Shown: positions 10,972-24,349 of the stretch, piece by piece
Position numbering within the stretch: position 1 is the stretch's first letter
How the letters are laid out: each line of letters starts with the position of its first letter
Assembly: GCA_964016885.1 (NCBI GenBank)
Contig: OZ024740.1
Span: 297,972,001-298,036,000 of the forward strand
Source of the DNA: Eledone cirrhosa
Taxonomy: Eukaryota
Direction: 5' to 3'
Length of the DNA: 64,000 nucleotides
Made by a program: the position numbers and the translations under genes
The notes under the pieces: model-generated
The model's database searches: none
Seen by the model: only the letters and a program-made list of their open reading frames with translations
What the model was told of the DNA's origin: nothing

Positions 10972-12860
10972 CAAAGGTTCTCAACGGGGGGCATATGCAC
11001 CCCCGGGGGGCGTTTGGGACCAAGGGGAAGCGGGGGGGGGGGGCATTTTGGAGCTGGGGGGGAGCTAGGGGGCGCTTGAAGGCTCTTTACTTTGGTAAGT
11101 TTTATAAGCCATATTTGTATGTCTTTGAGACAGACAGTGTGAATGCATTTGAATGAGCATGCAGACAGCATAACTATGGTCTGATCGCAGCTGTGAGCAG
11201 GTCTGCAGGCGTGTAAAAAGAAAAGAAAAAACACAGAAGCGGGTAGCACACACATCTAGGACCACATACAACACATAATCAGATACTACACACATCTAGG
11301 ACCACATAAAACACATAAGCGGGTAATACACACATCTAGGACCACATACAACACATAAGGAGGTAGCACACACACACATCTAGGACCACATACAACACAC
11401 AGTCAGATAATACATACATCTTGGACCACATACAACACATAAGCAGGTAATACAAACATCTAGAACCACATACAACACATAAGGAGGTAATACACACATC
11501 TAGGACCACATACAAGACACAAGCAAGTAATACATACAGCTGGGACCACATGCAATACATAAGCAGGTAATACATACATCTAGGATTACATACAACACAC
11601 AGGCAGGTAATACATGCATCTAGCACGACATACAACACACATTGTATCATGTGCTACGGACGACGCAAGAGCAATGGTCGGTCAACATAAGGGTTTCGTC
11701 ACTCTTCTGAAGAGAGAAAATCTCTATGTTTGCTGTTCCTCGTGTTATTCATCGACAATACTTTGGCTGCGAAGAAACTCAGCAAGCCACTGAGCAAGTC
11801 CTTTCAGGTGGCCATTGATGTCATCAATTTTATCAAACGGCATTCCCTCAATGAAGAATTTTCCGGCAACTGTGCCAAGATAATGACGAAGAATTCGTCA
11901 AGTTGCTCCTTCATACTGAAGGAGCAACTTGATTTCCCAAAATAGGTGAACCCCTTTTTGGGATGCAAGAGGAAATTCAGCGTCGATTTCCAGTCCTACA
12001 TGCTGAGGCTAAGTGATTTGCTCTGCCTTTTCCAAGCTCATACTCAGTCGAGAGGAGGTTTGGTGCTGTTTCCCGACTGCACAGTAAGGCTCGCAACCGC
12101 TACAATGTAATTACACGTGGAGATCTCCGGCTACATCTACGAAAATCCAGCCTGACATTAAAGAGTTAGCTAGACTCCATGAAGGTCAAGGGTCCCATTG
12201 AAATGAGGTCAAAGTTAAAGTAAGTTGATTTATCCGAAAACTTGGATATGCTATTGTTACAAAGCAAACTAACAATTTTTTTATTTGTAGTTGCAGTCTG
12301 ACTGGACTGGAAACCATCTACTACAATTCAATTACTCATTTGTTGTATATATTTTACCATTTACTAATAAATATACCCTCCCGCGTGGTCATGAAAACCC
12401 TCTTCTGTGGTCTCTAAGCTCACAAAGCAGAGGGGACATCAAGTTAGATATCAACATTTATTCTGTCCGTTTCATTAAAGGTAAAATTGGAAAGCTTTGA
12501 AATGATATAATTGCCACTTTCTTCCAGATAAGAGCACTCTTCCAGATAAGAGTTGCTCTTGTATAAATGTTCAAAATAGCTGGTAACGCCTGGTGGGAAG
12601 ATAACAAATTTAACTGGTCCTTATTCATAAAAAAATAACATTTATGTTCCTTTTTTTTTATTTACATATTTCCTTTCAAGGAATGTATTTATACTCTCAG
12701 CTGTCTGCAATGGTATCTTTGCAATATTGTTAATTTTTCAGTAATCTACTGATATCAAAATCAGTAGTATATTGAAAAATGGAAAAATAGGATAGGGGGG
12801 CGTTTCGTGATATCGGTGGACAAAAGGGGGTGTTTGGCCTAAATGGGTTGAGAACCTGTG
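10972..12860 (+). mobile_element. Internally deleted hAT DNA transposon (Buster/Charlie type)
   Basis: TIRs CAAAGGTTCTCAAC / GTTGAGAACCTGTG and 8-bp TSD GTATAGAT/GTGTAGAT. Transposase remnants ATDDARAMVGQHKGFV, VIHRQ..LAAKKLS, LLLHTE, PSSYSVERRFGAV, RGDLRL. Confidence 0.92.
11238..11642 (+). repeat. About 39-bp minisatellite (~10 units) inside the hAT element
   Basis: Unit approximately GCAGGTAATACACACATCTAGGACCACATACAACACATAA. Confidence 0.9.
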
Positions 12861-13349
12861 GTGTAGATTATGCCTTCTCCCCATTTCACCCATGCCACTT
12901 TTTTATTATTTAATTTTTCTTCCTCTCAATTTTTTTTCTTTCCTTCTTATTATTTTAATCTTTTTTTTTTAATACTTTCATTATTGCATACTTGTCAGCC
13001 GGGACCCAGAGGCGGAGGGTAAGTTAGTTGGAAGTGGAAGATACTTGTTCGGTCGCTACATTCTCTCTATTTCTTTAAAAAAATCTCTTCAAAGGTCACC
13101 ATGTTTCTAACAAAAGATTGTAAATAATTCCATAAAACACCAATTGTATACATCAGTTCGCTTACAAACGCCTAGTTTCGTTACAATATAATATTTTACA
13201 AGGAGTTTTTAAGAGAGGTTTAAAAGCGATTTAAAGAACCCATGAACATGAATGATATGGATTTTATCGAGCACACGAGAATTTAAAACAGTTACAGGTG
13301 GAACTCAGTACATAAACTGATATAAACATTACTAATCAATAAATCTCTA

Positions 13350-13470
13350 ATAATGGTTTCTGAGTTAGGCACGAGGCCAACAATTTGGGGAGGGAGATGT
13401 CGATCAAATCAACTCCAGTGCAGTACGAGTACTTTATTTTATCGACTTCCGTAAGGATGAACGCAAAGCT
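13350..13470 (-). mobile_element. CORE-type SINE, partial
   Basis: AATAATGGTTTCTGAGTTAGGCACGAGGCC...GTAAGGATGAA. Confidence 0.7.
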
Positions 13471-13573
13471 AATCTATATTAAATGAGAATTTCTGGCTTC
13501 AGCGAATAACTGTTGTACTTACTCTCGAGTACTTGTGTACCTGTTTATGTCACTGTTGTAATAAATTATATAT

Positions 13574-13770
13574 ATAGGAAAATGTATGACCCCGACGACA
13601 AAGCTCAAGCCGTTTCGACGGTTATTTCTGGACTAAAACAGCCGTCGAAACGGTTTGAGCTCTGCCGTCGGGGTCATACATTTTCCTATTACCCACTCTA
13701 CTACCCTAAGTATTGAGTACTCTGGTGCGTTATGGTCCATCTGGTTCCTTACCACAACTCCTTCGTTATA
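13574..13770 (+). mobile_element. Fold-back PLE pLTR remnant: 116-bp hairpin plus tail (family at 61.6-63.7 kb)
   Basis: 13574-13689 is an imperfect palindrome containing GCCGTC-GAAAC-GG.TTGAGCTC.GCC-GTC-GGGGTC. Tail is shared with 61745-61825 and 63590-63678. Confidence 0.8.
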
Positions 13771-13989
13771 TGTATATATATATATAATATTAAGGATACT
13801 ATTTATGGTTATGTATATATTAAACTTTTTATAGTTATGTATATTTTAAACCTTAAACAGTGAAGGTCAGTAATTTATTACTACCTTATTACCAGTAAGA
13901 TAAATAGCTCAATGTAATAACATCAGTTGTTCTACAGAGCAGTTATATAGAATTCACAAGAATCAAAGCTATGTTCAAAGCATTTATTC

Positions 13990-14034
13990 ACTTACAATTG
14001 TTTCATCCAAACCTAGGCTTGTAGTCTTCGGAGC
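13990..14034 (-). ncRNA. Hammerhead motif in the inverted pLTR (CCGAAGA core)
   Basis: Reverse complement of 19148-19192. Confidence 0.7.
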
Positions 14035-15298
14035 ATTTTTCAATGTTTGTACATATAATTGACCTCCTTTCCAACTCAAGAGACATACAGATAGATATAT
14101 ATATATATTGATGTACAGTGGAGTGACATATATTATACTATACTATTTTTGTACACCAATTCAAATTCAAGATCAAAATAAAAATAAAAATTAAAATAAA
14201 AATCAAAATTAAAATACATTCGGCAGATAACACAGATAATGCAGGAGGATAGTTTGATAGTCAGATCTAGAAGGTAGTGTATGCGTTAGTTACACATGGA
14301 GCATGCAAGTGTGTCTCATTTTTATACGATTATTGTGTGGCAAGGTGTTACATGTAATGCAAGCACTTTAAGCGGGTAAGCAAGAGTATTATGGTGGTTG
14401 TAGTGGTAGGGTATTTTTTGTATAGATCAAAAAAGTATGTGTGCAGAAAAAGAGAAATAAAAAGAAGAAGCAAAAGAAAGTTATAGTTTTCGTATCCACC
14501 ACCATTTTCACATTCAGAAAAAGTAAAATATATTTTTTTACATCCATCACATAAGTAACGATGATCCGTAATGAATGTTTGATGCATTAAATTATTGTAG
14601 CGTATTGAGGCTCAGTGTTATTTAATCCATATTTATAGAATAGGTTCTTTCTGCTGCGAGAATTTACAGTGGTTTTTTACCCGGTGTGTAATTAAGGGGA
14701 GTTAATGCGTAAGGGGAGGTAACTAGCTGATTCTCATAACTAAATTCATTGTTCTAACATACATTATATGGTGCCTCAATTGAGTCCCTTATATAAACGG
14801 TTATATATTTATATCTAGTTTTCAATTTTAAATACAGTCTACTCTATCATAATGTACTAAAGGTATCTATAGGAAGTTGATTACTCCTTATTATATAGTG
14901 CTACAATTGCATTTCCCATACAAAGTGCCATATCTTTATATCAAAGTTCACTGTAAATACAGTCTACTCTCAAAACATATCAGAGGACCTATTAGAATTT
15001 TGTCTACATAACCCCTGGTAAGTTATGGAGCAGCGTATGGCTGTTTGCATGACAAAACCAAATACATCTCTAGGGCAGACAAATACATCCCTCATTTACA
15101 ATGTCATTAACAACTGATGTTATTACATTGAGCTATTTATCTTACTGGTAATAAGGTAGTAATAAATTACTGACCTTCACTGTTTAAGGTTATATATACA
15201 TAACTATAAAAAGTTTAATATATACATAACCATAAATAGTATCCTTAATATTATTAACTGCTCCATACTGTTGAGCTAACATACATTAAATTACCAGT

Positions 15299-17755
15299 AT
15301 GCTGATCAAAGACCAACTTCCTATGTCAACCAAGAACATACCAATACCATGCAAATATACATAAGAGAAATTATTGATCAATAGTGTCAACTCCTTTATC
15401 AATAGAGTGAGATGGAGGACATTCCATTATGATAAAAACAAATCTAACAAAATTGATGATACTAACAAATTCGACTCCTTCGGCTTTAAAACTTTTAGAA
15501 GCCCCCCTCACAACACACTACTAAACTCCTTTGAAAATGACCTAATAAAACTAGTTAAGAACATTAAATACAAAAAGCATCGTAATAGAAACAACACCTT
15601 CTTAAACAAACTTAACTCCTCTATTAATGGATTAAAAACAAGTAGTAAAATTATTGTGCATGCGGACAAAACTAATAACATATACAGCCTAGATTATGAT
15701 ACATATAGAAAGTTTATATATAATGAACTACACAAGAGCTACAAGAAAACTACTATGAAAAACCTAGAAGATATTAATTTAGAAGGCCGTAATATAGTGT
15801 CCAAACTGGGACTTCAGAGACATACACAACCATACACCCCAAACACCCCTAGATTCTCTCTGAAGGACCATAAGGAGGATTTCATTAGTAACCCTTCGAT
15901 TAGACTAATCTGCCCTTCCAAGTCTGACATTGGCATTATCAGTAAGAAAATTTTAAATAAAATCATCCCACAGATTAAACACAAAATATACCTTAAACAG
16001 TGGGGAAATACGGGTGAAGTTATTGAATGGTTTAAGGATATCAAGGAAAACAAAAATAAAAAATGTATTCAATTTGATATCAATTCATACTACACCTCTA
16101 TTTCCCCTATCCTATTAAATAAGGCACTAATTATGGCCATGAACAATAGTGATCTGGCTAGATCCCAGATTGATGTCATACTTGCGGCCCGTAAAACCGT
16201 AATCACTTTTGAAGACCAGTTATGGACCCGCAAGGATACGCATAACAACTTTGACATCTAGTGACTCGGCGCAGGTCACTGATTTGGTGGGCATATACCT
16301 ACTAAACAAAATCCATAAGGACCTTCCATACCTCAACGGTGGTTTGTACCGCGACGATGCACTACTCCTTATGGACTATAAAAAATTTAATATAGAAAGA
16401 ACTAGAAAACTATTCCACAAGACTTTCAAAAACTATAACCTAAGTATCACTATAGACAAAAACACTAAAAACGTTAACTTCCTAGATGCCACCCTTTACC
16501 CAGACTCTAAGATATATACACCATTCCATAAACCTAACGAAAAACTGATTTACGTAGATACCAAGTCTAACCACCCTAGATCAATATTAAACTCTATCTC
16601 TAAAGGAATATCCAATAGAATCTCTAATCTATCTTATGACGAAACCACATTTAGCAAAAACTCACAATAATATAATCAGGCATTAGCTAGATCAGGACAT
16701 AATAATGAGATCGAGTTCCTACCTATAAAAACACATAGTTACAACATTATTTCGCACAATATGTCCATGAGGAAAAATAGTAATAAGAATAATAACCACA
16801 CACTAGTACGAAGGGTGGCAACAAACGTAACTCACACCAGAGAGGACACCAAAATACCATAAACGGAAACATCTCACCAGACATAAAAAACAAAAATAGA
16901 AGAAGAACTAATACATTTTTCAACCCCCCCCCCCCCTTTTTTTTTCAATCTAAACGTCTCTACCAACCTACCTAAGGCATTCTTCTCACTCCTGGATAAA
17001 AACTTCCCATTGGCCACAAGTACCATAGTCTTATAAATAAAAACACCATTAAAATCTCCTACTCTACCACGCCTAACATAGCATACCACATAGCTAGTAG
17101 CACTAAAAGAAAGATTAATACTTACTTTCAACAAACTAAAACACAGAAGGGGGCAAACTTTCAAAACAACGTAATATCTGCAAACCCTGATATCAATAGT
17201 AATAATAGTAATAACACTAGTGAAATCAATAACACTGGGAGCGACAACCCCCATAGCCATAATGCAATACCTAGCAACCAGACTTCTACACAACATAATA
17301 ACCGGCAGGTTAACATCCAAAATAATTGTAACTGTAGATCTAATAGAACCCGCCCTTTAGATAAAAACTGCTTAATCAAGGACATCATATATTCATGCAC
17401 CGTCAGAACTAGCAACTCTTCTGAAACCTATATAGGTTCTACTTCGAACTGCTTCAAAACCAAATACAATTCACATCTCCATTCTTTCAAAAAACACAGT
17501 CTAACCAACTCCACTTCACTATCTAGCTACATACATTATCTAAAAACTAGAAATAGATCTTATACACTTCAATGGGAAGTGATAGGTAAGGCGGCATCGT
17601 ACAGACCACCTAATAAATTCTGTAACCTCTGTCTACTAGAGACCCATACTATAATCTTCTCGAACCTTAACCTCCTTAATAAAAAATCGGAAGTGTTTGC
17701 GTCGTGCCAGCACCGCTTCCGGCACTCCTTCCAAAACTTTAAACCCAATATATAA
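15299..17755 (+). pseudogene. PLE polyprotein (RT + GIY-YIG endonuclease), disrupted
   Basis: STKNIPIP..FINRVRWR; HADKTNNIY; LKDHKEDF..RLICPSKSDIG; QFDINSYY; GLYRDD; NFLDATL; SNHP; CNCR..PL...CL...IIY..TYIGST; CNLCLLE..LNKKSE...CQHR. Has stops (15362, 16668) and frameshifts (near 16258 and 16860-17060). Confidence 0.93.
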
Positions 17756-19147
17756 TAATGTCAGACTTGAACCCATCACCGCTTCTAACACCACACCTCA
17801 AGGGCACGCCTTACACCACAACGCCACACTCTCTGGTCCACCCTATCTCGACACAAATCATTCCATCTATCTATAACTTTATACCCTATAAATATCCCCA
17901 TAAACACCTACTTTTAATATAATTGTTTTCAATTACTTATAATTATGTAGTGATATAATACAGTCTATATAAACTTTAAATACTAGATACGGCAGTGAAT
18001 TATATATGCAATTGTAATTAGATGTATGGAGTAATAACATTGGATATATATAGGATTAATTTATTAACATAAGGGATCTGTCTAACTTATATGTAGGGTG
18101 CTGCAATGAATTATGATGAATTATATATGAATTATTTATGCAAGTATAACTTGATGGACAGATTAATGACATTGTAAATGAGGGATGTATTTGTCTGCCC
18201 TAGAGATGTATTTGGTTTTGTCATGCAAACAGCCATACGCTGCTCCATAACTTACCAGGGGTTATGTAGACAAAATTCTAATAGGTCCTCTGATATGTTT
18301 TGAGAGTAGACTGTATTTACAGTGAACTTTGATATAAAGATATGGCACTTTGTATGGGAAATGCAATTGTAGCACTATATAATAAGGAGTAATCAACTTC
18401 CTATAGATACCTTTAGTACATTATGATAGAGTAGACTGTATTTAAAATTGAAAACTAGATATAAATATATAACCGTTTATATAAGGGACTCAATTGAGGC
18501 ACCATATAATGTATGTTAGAACAATGAATTTAGTTATGAGAATCAGCTAGTTACCTCCCCTTACGCATTAACTCCCCTTAATTACACACCGGGTAAAAAA
18601 CCACTGTAAATTCTCGCAGCAGAAAGAACCTATTCTATAAATATGGATTAAATAACACTGAGCCTCAATACGCTACAATAATTTAATGCATCAAACATTC
18701 ATTACGGATCATCGTTACTTATGTAATGGATGTAAAAATTATATTTTACTTTTTCTGAATGTGAAAATGGTGGTGGATACGAAAACTATAACTTTCTTTT
18801 GCTTCTTCTTTTTATTTCTCTTTTCCGCTTAAAGTGCTTGCATTACATGTAACACCTTGCCACACAATAATCGTATAAAAATGAGACACACTTGCATGCT
18901 CCATGTGTAACTAACGCATACACTACCTACTAGATCTGACTATCAAACTATCCTCCTGCATTATCTGTGTTATCTGCCGAATGTATTTTAATTTTTCTTT
19001 TTATTTTGATCTTGAATTTGAATTGGTGTACAAAAATAGTATAGTATAATATATGTCATTCCACTGTACATCAATATATATATATATCTATCTGTATGTC
19101 TCTTGCGTTGGAAAGGAGGTCAATTATATGTACAAACATTGAAAAAT

Positions 19148-19192
19148 GCTCCGAAGACTACAAGCCTAGGTTTGGATGAAACAATTGTAAGT
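19148..19192 (+). ncRNA. Hammerhead motif in the 3' pLTR (CCGAAGA core)
   Basis: GCT-CCGAAGA-CTACAAGCCTAGGTTTGGAT-GAAAC-AATT-GTA-AGT, followed by AATAAA. Confidence 0.7.
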
Positions 19193-19230
19193 GAATAAAT
19201 GCTTTGAACATAGCTTTGATTCTTGTGAAT

Positions 19231-19419
<189 letters not shown>

Positions 19420-19636
19420 ATACTCCTATATATGCGTGTCTGTTTGTGCGTATGTGTTTGCACGTGTGTGTTTCTGTGTGTACATATATACTTCAATCGG
19501 GTGACCATAGTAATGTACAATAATTTAAATGAACATATTAAAATCACAGTAGGTATATTTAGTTGCATTGTCTGTAAGAAGACAATAAAAACCCAAGTTG
19601 ACAGAGATAACCTAGATTTCTTGGAGCTAAATTAAT

Positions 19637-19685
<49 letters not shown>

Positions 19686-21614
19686 CACTCTATGTCTCCT
19701 CTCTTTCTCTCTCGTTCCCCGCTATCTCCTCCCCTTCCTCTTTCATCCTCTCTATTTCCTTCCCCCGTTCTCTCTTTCTCTCTCTCCTTCCCTCTCCCCC
19801 ATCTCGTTCTCTTCTCCTCTCACCCTCTCCACTATCTCTTTCTATTCCCCTCTCACCCCCCCCCTCTCTCTCTGCTTGCTACTTTTGTTCGATGCGAAGA
19901 TTTGAACCCGGCAACCCTGTAAGGTAATGCAACCTTCGTAAATGATACAGTGCACCTGGTGCTTCCAATGACCCTTTTTACCTCACAATAGATATGTTAA
20001 TAGAATAAAAAAATTAAATATATCTTTAAAACACAAAGAGGTGTTTGACATGTATCGCTCGCGGCTAATAGTATTATGTGCAGGATATATAACCTTTAGG
20101 TGTTTCTCATATAGCATTGTAAGATAACCTGAGACACATAAACGCTATGAATACAGCGTTAATTGACAATGGGCCTACCAGGGAACCTCAACACAGTTAA
20201 TTGCTCAGCTAGAAATGGCAACTGAATCTTCGTCAAATTTCATCCTTCAACTGAGGCGTGCAAAGAGAGAAGCAGAGGGTGCGACTACTCCTGACATCAA
20301 TATCGGGACAGAAGTTGAGGCATCTAACCAAAGTATCATGCAGGTTTCTCCATTCAATATAGTTACTGAGTGGAGTTCCATTAAGTGCCCATCCCAAAGT
20401 CGCACCCAGTTTTCCGCCAAGACCAAACATCTTAAAAATACATTAACTTGAAATTCGATGCTTATGTTCAGACAAACTTAGACAATGAGATTCATTCTTG
20501 TTCATCTGGCCTTTCGATTAACATATGTTTCATGTTTTCATGTTTTTACATGTGTAAAATGTCTTCCTTGCTTACATTTCTTGCTACTGTACCCTATACT
20601 TGAGTCTCCGGGGCGTACAATCCAATCAATGAGCAACACCAAACCTCTGCACGCCACTACCATACAGGCGTTTTTTAAAGGACACATCGGATAATACTGT
20701 TCCAGATTCACTGTGTTTGAAAACAGATGACATGGTTATGGCTGGTTAAGGTGTATTTGAACTGAGCTCATATGCTACAAATGATATGCACAAGCCAATG
20801 AGGGAGCTCGATGCGGTCACTCTATTTGTTAAAAAATAGTTGCCAATGTCCCTTAAATCACACCCTATTATTTTTCAAAGAAAGGCTATAGTGGATATTG
20901 TAGCCCTGAATATAAAATAGTAGGATGACTACGTTTAGAAGATCTTTGATCAAATGACTACTCCAATTAGTGCTGATTGAGGTCTAAATAAAAACTGACA
21001 TTCAACGAAACGAAAGAAAATATGTTAAATCAGGGTTGAACTGGGGGTAAACAACAACAGCAATAATGAGCAAATGATGTCACCTTTAATGTTCGTTTAA
21101 CTTACTAAAAGTAGCAGCCAAGTCTCCCGCAAAACACGCCGTACCGTCGTAGATAAAAGGAGGGGTTATTGAATAATGCAATTCTGAATGCAATGTACCT
21201 GGATGGAAGGTCTTTAATTGTAAACGGCCAAATCAAAGTATTATTCTACGTTCATGGTACCCGTGAATCTACCGACAGTTCAACGGTGTATACCTTATCG
21301 ATGATATTGTGAGGTGTCCGTGTGTTATCAATGGTCCAGTCGAGTAATCTGTAAGCAGGTCACATCATACAGTAAAATGATTCTGTGCAGTAAACAGCGG
21401 ACGCCGTCTAAATCCGACGAGTGCTTTATTCGGGTCCTCTTAATATAAATGATGCAATCCTGTGTGTAACGAAAAATAGATTATTATCAGTACTGTTGTT
21501 TTACCGAAAACTGGGTCTTAGAAATGGCCGGTTTCACAATAAATTTGTCAACCCCTCCTTCTACATTACAATATTTACCCTTTAGCTAGGGCTTGTACTC
21601 ATATGATGTGGACA

Positions 21615-22070
21615 CAGCATGGGTGAATAGTTAAGAATTTTGCTTTGCTATTATGAGGTCCTGAGTTTGATCCTACTCTGTGATATCTTGTACATGTGTC
21701 AGTTAGCATAGCCTCTAGTCGACACAAGCCTTGTAAGTGAAATTGTGTAGACTGAAACTATTTGGAAGTCCGTTGCAAAGACTGTACTGGTAATTTAAAA
21801 GGTCAGCCTTGGGAGTCACTGCCTTGTGACTCACGCTATGTCACAGCCTTGTGACACACACAATGTCACGGCCTTGTGACACACACTGTCACGGCCTTGT
21901 GACACACAGTGTCGCGTTGAATCTCTCTGGGAATGACGTTAAGAGCACACGTGTCTGTGGAATGCTCACCCACACAGTCTTTAATTTCACGAGCAGGCTG
22001 TTCCGTTGAGAAAACAATAGGAACACCCATCATTGAAACCGACGGAGGTTGAGTCCATTCCACTCATTCG
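21615..22070 (+). mobile_element. Old tRNA-SINE (second family) with an internal ~22-bp tandem GCCTTGTGACACACACTGTCACG
   Basis: Degenerate A/B boxes (GAGTTTGATCC); body shared with 31030-31330 and 32140-32440. Confidence 0.65.
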
Positions 22071-22224
22071 ATAAAATTAAGAAGTTTCATTTCTTCTTTT
22101 TTGCTTTCTTTTAATGCTAGAATGTGAAATGTCTTCCATGTGTGAGAAACCAACCATTTTAATGAAACCAGTCAAATGAACGCAACAACATTTGGAAATA
22201 TAGTCGCCACAATGCAGATAGCTA

Positions 22225-22410
22225 TAATAATTGTTTCTACTTTTGGCACAAGGCCAGTAAATTACCCAGTGCATTACTGGTACTTTATTTTATCGACCCC
22301 GTAAGGATAAAAGGCAAAGTTAACCTCCGCGGGATTTGAACTCAGTCTGCTGTAAAGGGACGTAACTATGCTAGAAAGCATGGTGTCCAACCCTCTACCG
22401 ATACTGCCAA
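22225..22410 (-). mobile_element. CORE-type SINE
   Basis: Matches the consensus in reverse. Confidence 0.85.
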
Positions 22411-22446
22411 ATAGTTGATAACCATATATAATAGTAGAATAAATCA

Positions 22447-22895
22447 ATTAATACTTGAATAAATTAGGTAAAACACCCACCTGGAGACGGAATATAAAAT
22501 TTAAAAAAGTTGACAGGGACGCCAGCGTGAAATCGAACCACGCATCTTTTGTATTCCCAGCGAGCTTATTTAGCCATTACGCCACAGTGCATCTGGTCGC
22601 TATTGTACTATCTTTTTAGATTCAGGAAAATTGGACAGAGACACCTGCGAGGAATTTATCCTAATGCCTTGTAATTTAACCAAGCCGAGTTTATACACCT
22701 GCGTCACATTTAAATCTTCTAAAAAGATAATGCAATAGCGACCGGATGCACTGTGGTGTAATGGCTAAATACGCTCGCTGGGAATACAAAAGATGCGTAG
22801 TTCGATTTACCGCTGACGTCCCTGTCAACTTTTTTTTTTTTATTTTATATTCTGTCTCCAGGTAGGTGTTTTACCTAATTTATTCAAGTATTAAT
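22447..22895. repeat. Inverted pair (~175-bp arms) of a tRNA-headed element
   Basis: 22447-22620 is the reverse complement of 22719-22895. Each arm has A-box TGGYGTAATGG and B-box GTTCGATT. A related piece lies at about 19898-19985 (-). Confidence 0.8.
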
Positions 22896-23347
22896 CATGT
22901 TTATCAATTTTTATTACAGTTATGTGCTTTGGCGACGATATTTTCCAATTTAAAATTTCGCAATGCCTCGTAATTCAACAAAGGTTTGTTTGAATTAAAA
23001 AGAATTCATATTGCAAACACGTAATGAACGAGAAAAAATAGAAAAAAAAACGATTTCCTCTCCACTACCACCACCACCACCACCACAAAAAAAAAACAAA
23101 AAAAAAACAAGCGCAAGTGAAAGGGGTCAACAGTATAAAAATCCTTGTGATGACAAATGAATGGAATCGATATTTCAAGCATATGCACTTTCTCAGATAT
23201 ATAGGAAGATGAGAAAGGCTAATACTGGTCGATTAAGCTTAGAACGGAAGACTGGCACAAAGTATTCATTGTAGATAGATTCCATATTATTGAGACGGAG
23301 TGCAGCTGTCCTTGCCGTTGTTGTTTTTTATTATTTATGTCTCTGGG

Positions 23348-23625
23348 GGGCGGTGGATTGTCAGAATCGGTAGAACGTCGAACAACATGCTTTGCGGCAT
23401 AGTGTTACGGCCCTTTACGTTCTGAGTTGAAATCCCGCCGAGATTAACTTTGCCTTTCATCCTTACGGGGTCGATAAAATAAAGTACCAGTAATGCACTG
23501 GGATCTATTCAATCTACTTTACCCTCCCTCCAAATTACTGGCCTTGTGCCTATACTAGAAATCATTATTTATGTCTCTGGGGGGCGGTGGATTGGCAGTA
23601 TCGGTAGATGGTCGAACAACATGCT
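23348..23625 (+). mobile_element. CORE-type SINE plus a second SINE head
   Basis: GGCGGTGGATTG.CAG.ATCGG (A-box), GAGTT.AAATCC (B-box), GCCTTTCATCCTTACGGGGTCGATAAAAT (CORE-like). Flank ATTATTTATGTCTCTGGGG is duplicated. Confidence 0.88.
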
Positions 23626-23736
23626 TCGTTGGTCTTGATTGGTCTTGTTGGTCCTCAATTGTTGGTCCGGAGGATGGCAAGGGAGATGCAACGTGGTTGC
23701 AAAGCGAATTTATAGCCATTCAGACATGACTAAGCT

Positions 23737-24165
23737 GACTTTCGGGTCTTTAAAATACCCACCGCTTATTAATTTTTCACATTTTTTCCACACTCCACCC
23801 GGTTATCAAATTTTGCTAATCTATCTCCGGCGAAATTTTATTTTAAGTGGTAGCATTCATGCGACAATTAATTTTCTTTCTTCATTAAAAAAAAAACATT
23901 AAACATGACAAAAAAGAACATTACAAGAAATCTCACAAGTTATAAAATAGTTTCAATATGTAAACTAAACGACTAATTCTGGTTTTTAAAAAAATCAACG
24001 GAAACAACCTACAAAAATTATTGATTTCCCCCCTCACCCCCACCCCCACCGGCCATGCCCGCTTATCCCGCCTTCTGCTTATCCCCCCCCCCCCCCCCCG
24101 CCCCACACACACACACTTATTTCAGCCCCACCACCACCACCACCTATTATTTGGGGCCCGAGAAT
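23737..24165. mobile_element. MITE (TACTCTCGGGTCC-type TIR family)
   Basis: Ends GACTTTCGGGTC / TATTTGGGGCCCGAGAATA; internal similarity to 36020-36361. Confidence 0.65.
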
Positions 24166-24349
24166 ATGTATATATCATGTTATATTTTATTTAGTTTTAC
24201 GTTTGAGTAAAGGGCCGTTACTCAGTGGTTAGAGTGTTCTGTTCACAATCATAAACTCCTGCTTTCAATTCACGGCGATGTGTTTTATCATTGAGTAAGG
24301 CGAAACATAATCATTAGTATACAATGATTGAAAAAAAACGATATGTTGG

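Noticed and set aside
11238-11642. 39-bp array as a CRISPR or a Cys/Val-rich coding repeat
   Set aside because: Contiguous degenerate minisatellite inside the hAT TIRs; the ORFs are incidental.
15299-17755. Selenocysteine (UGA) recoding, reported for some Naiad PLEs
   Set aside because: Conserved Cys positions are TGT/TGC (one is CGC). The interruptions I traced are TAA/TAG stops and frameshifts, not in-frame TGA at Cys sites.
20215-20451. Plus-strand ORF with an RRAKR furin-like site
   Set aside because: In-frame stops just upstream (20125, 20164), no signal peptide and no recognisable family.
22745-22825. tRNA gene
   Set aside because: A and B boxes are present but there is no convincing acceptor stem or anticodon arm; treated as a SINE-like head. 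The same applies to all CORE-SINE heads.
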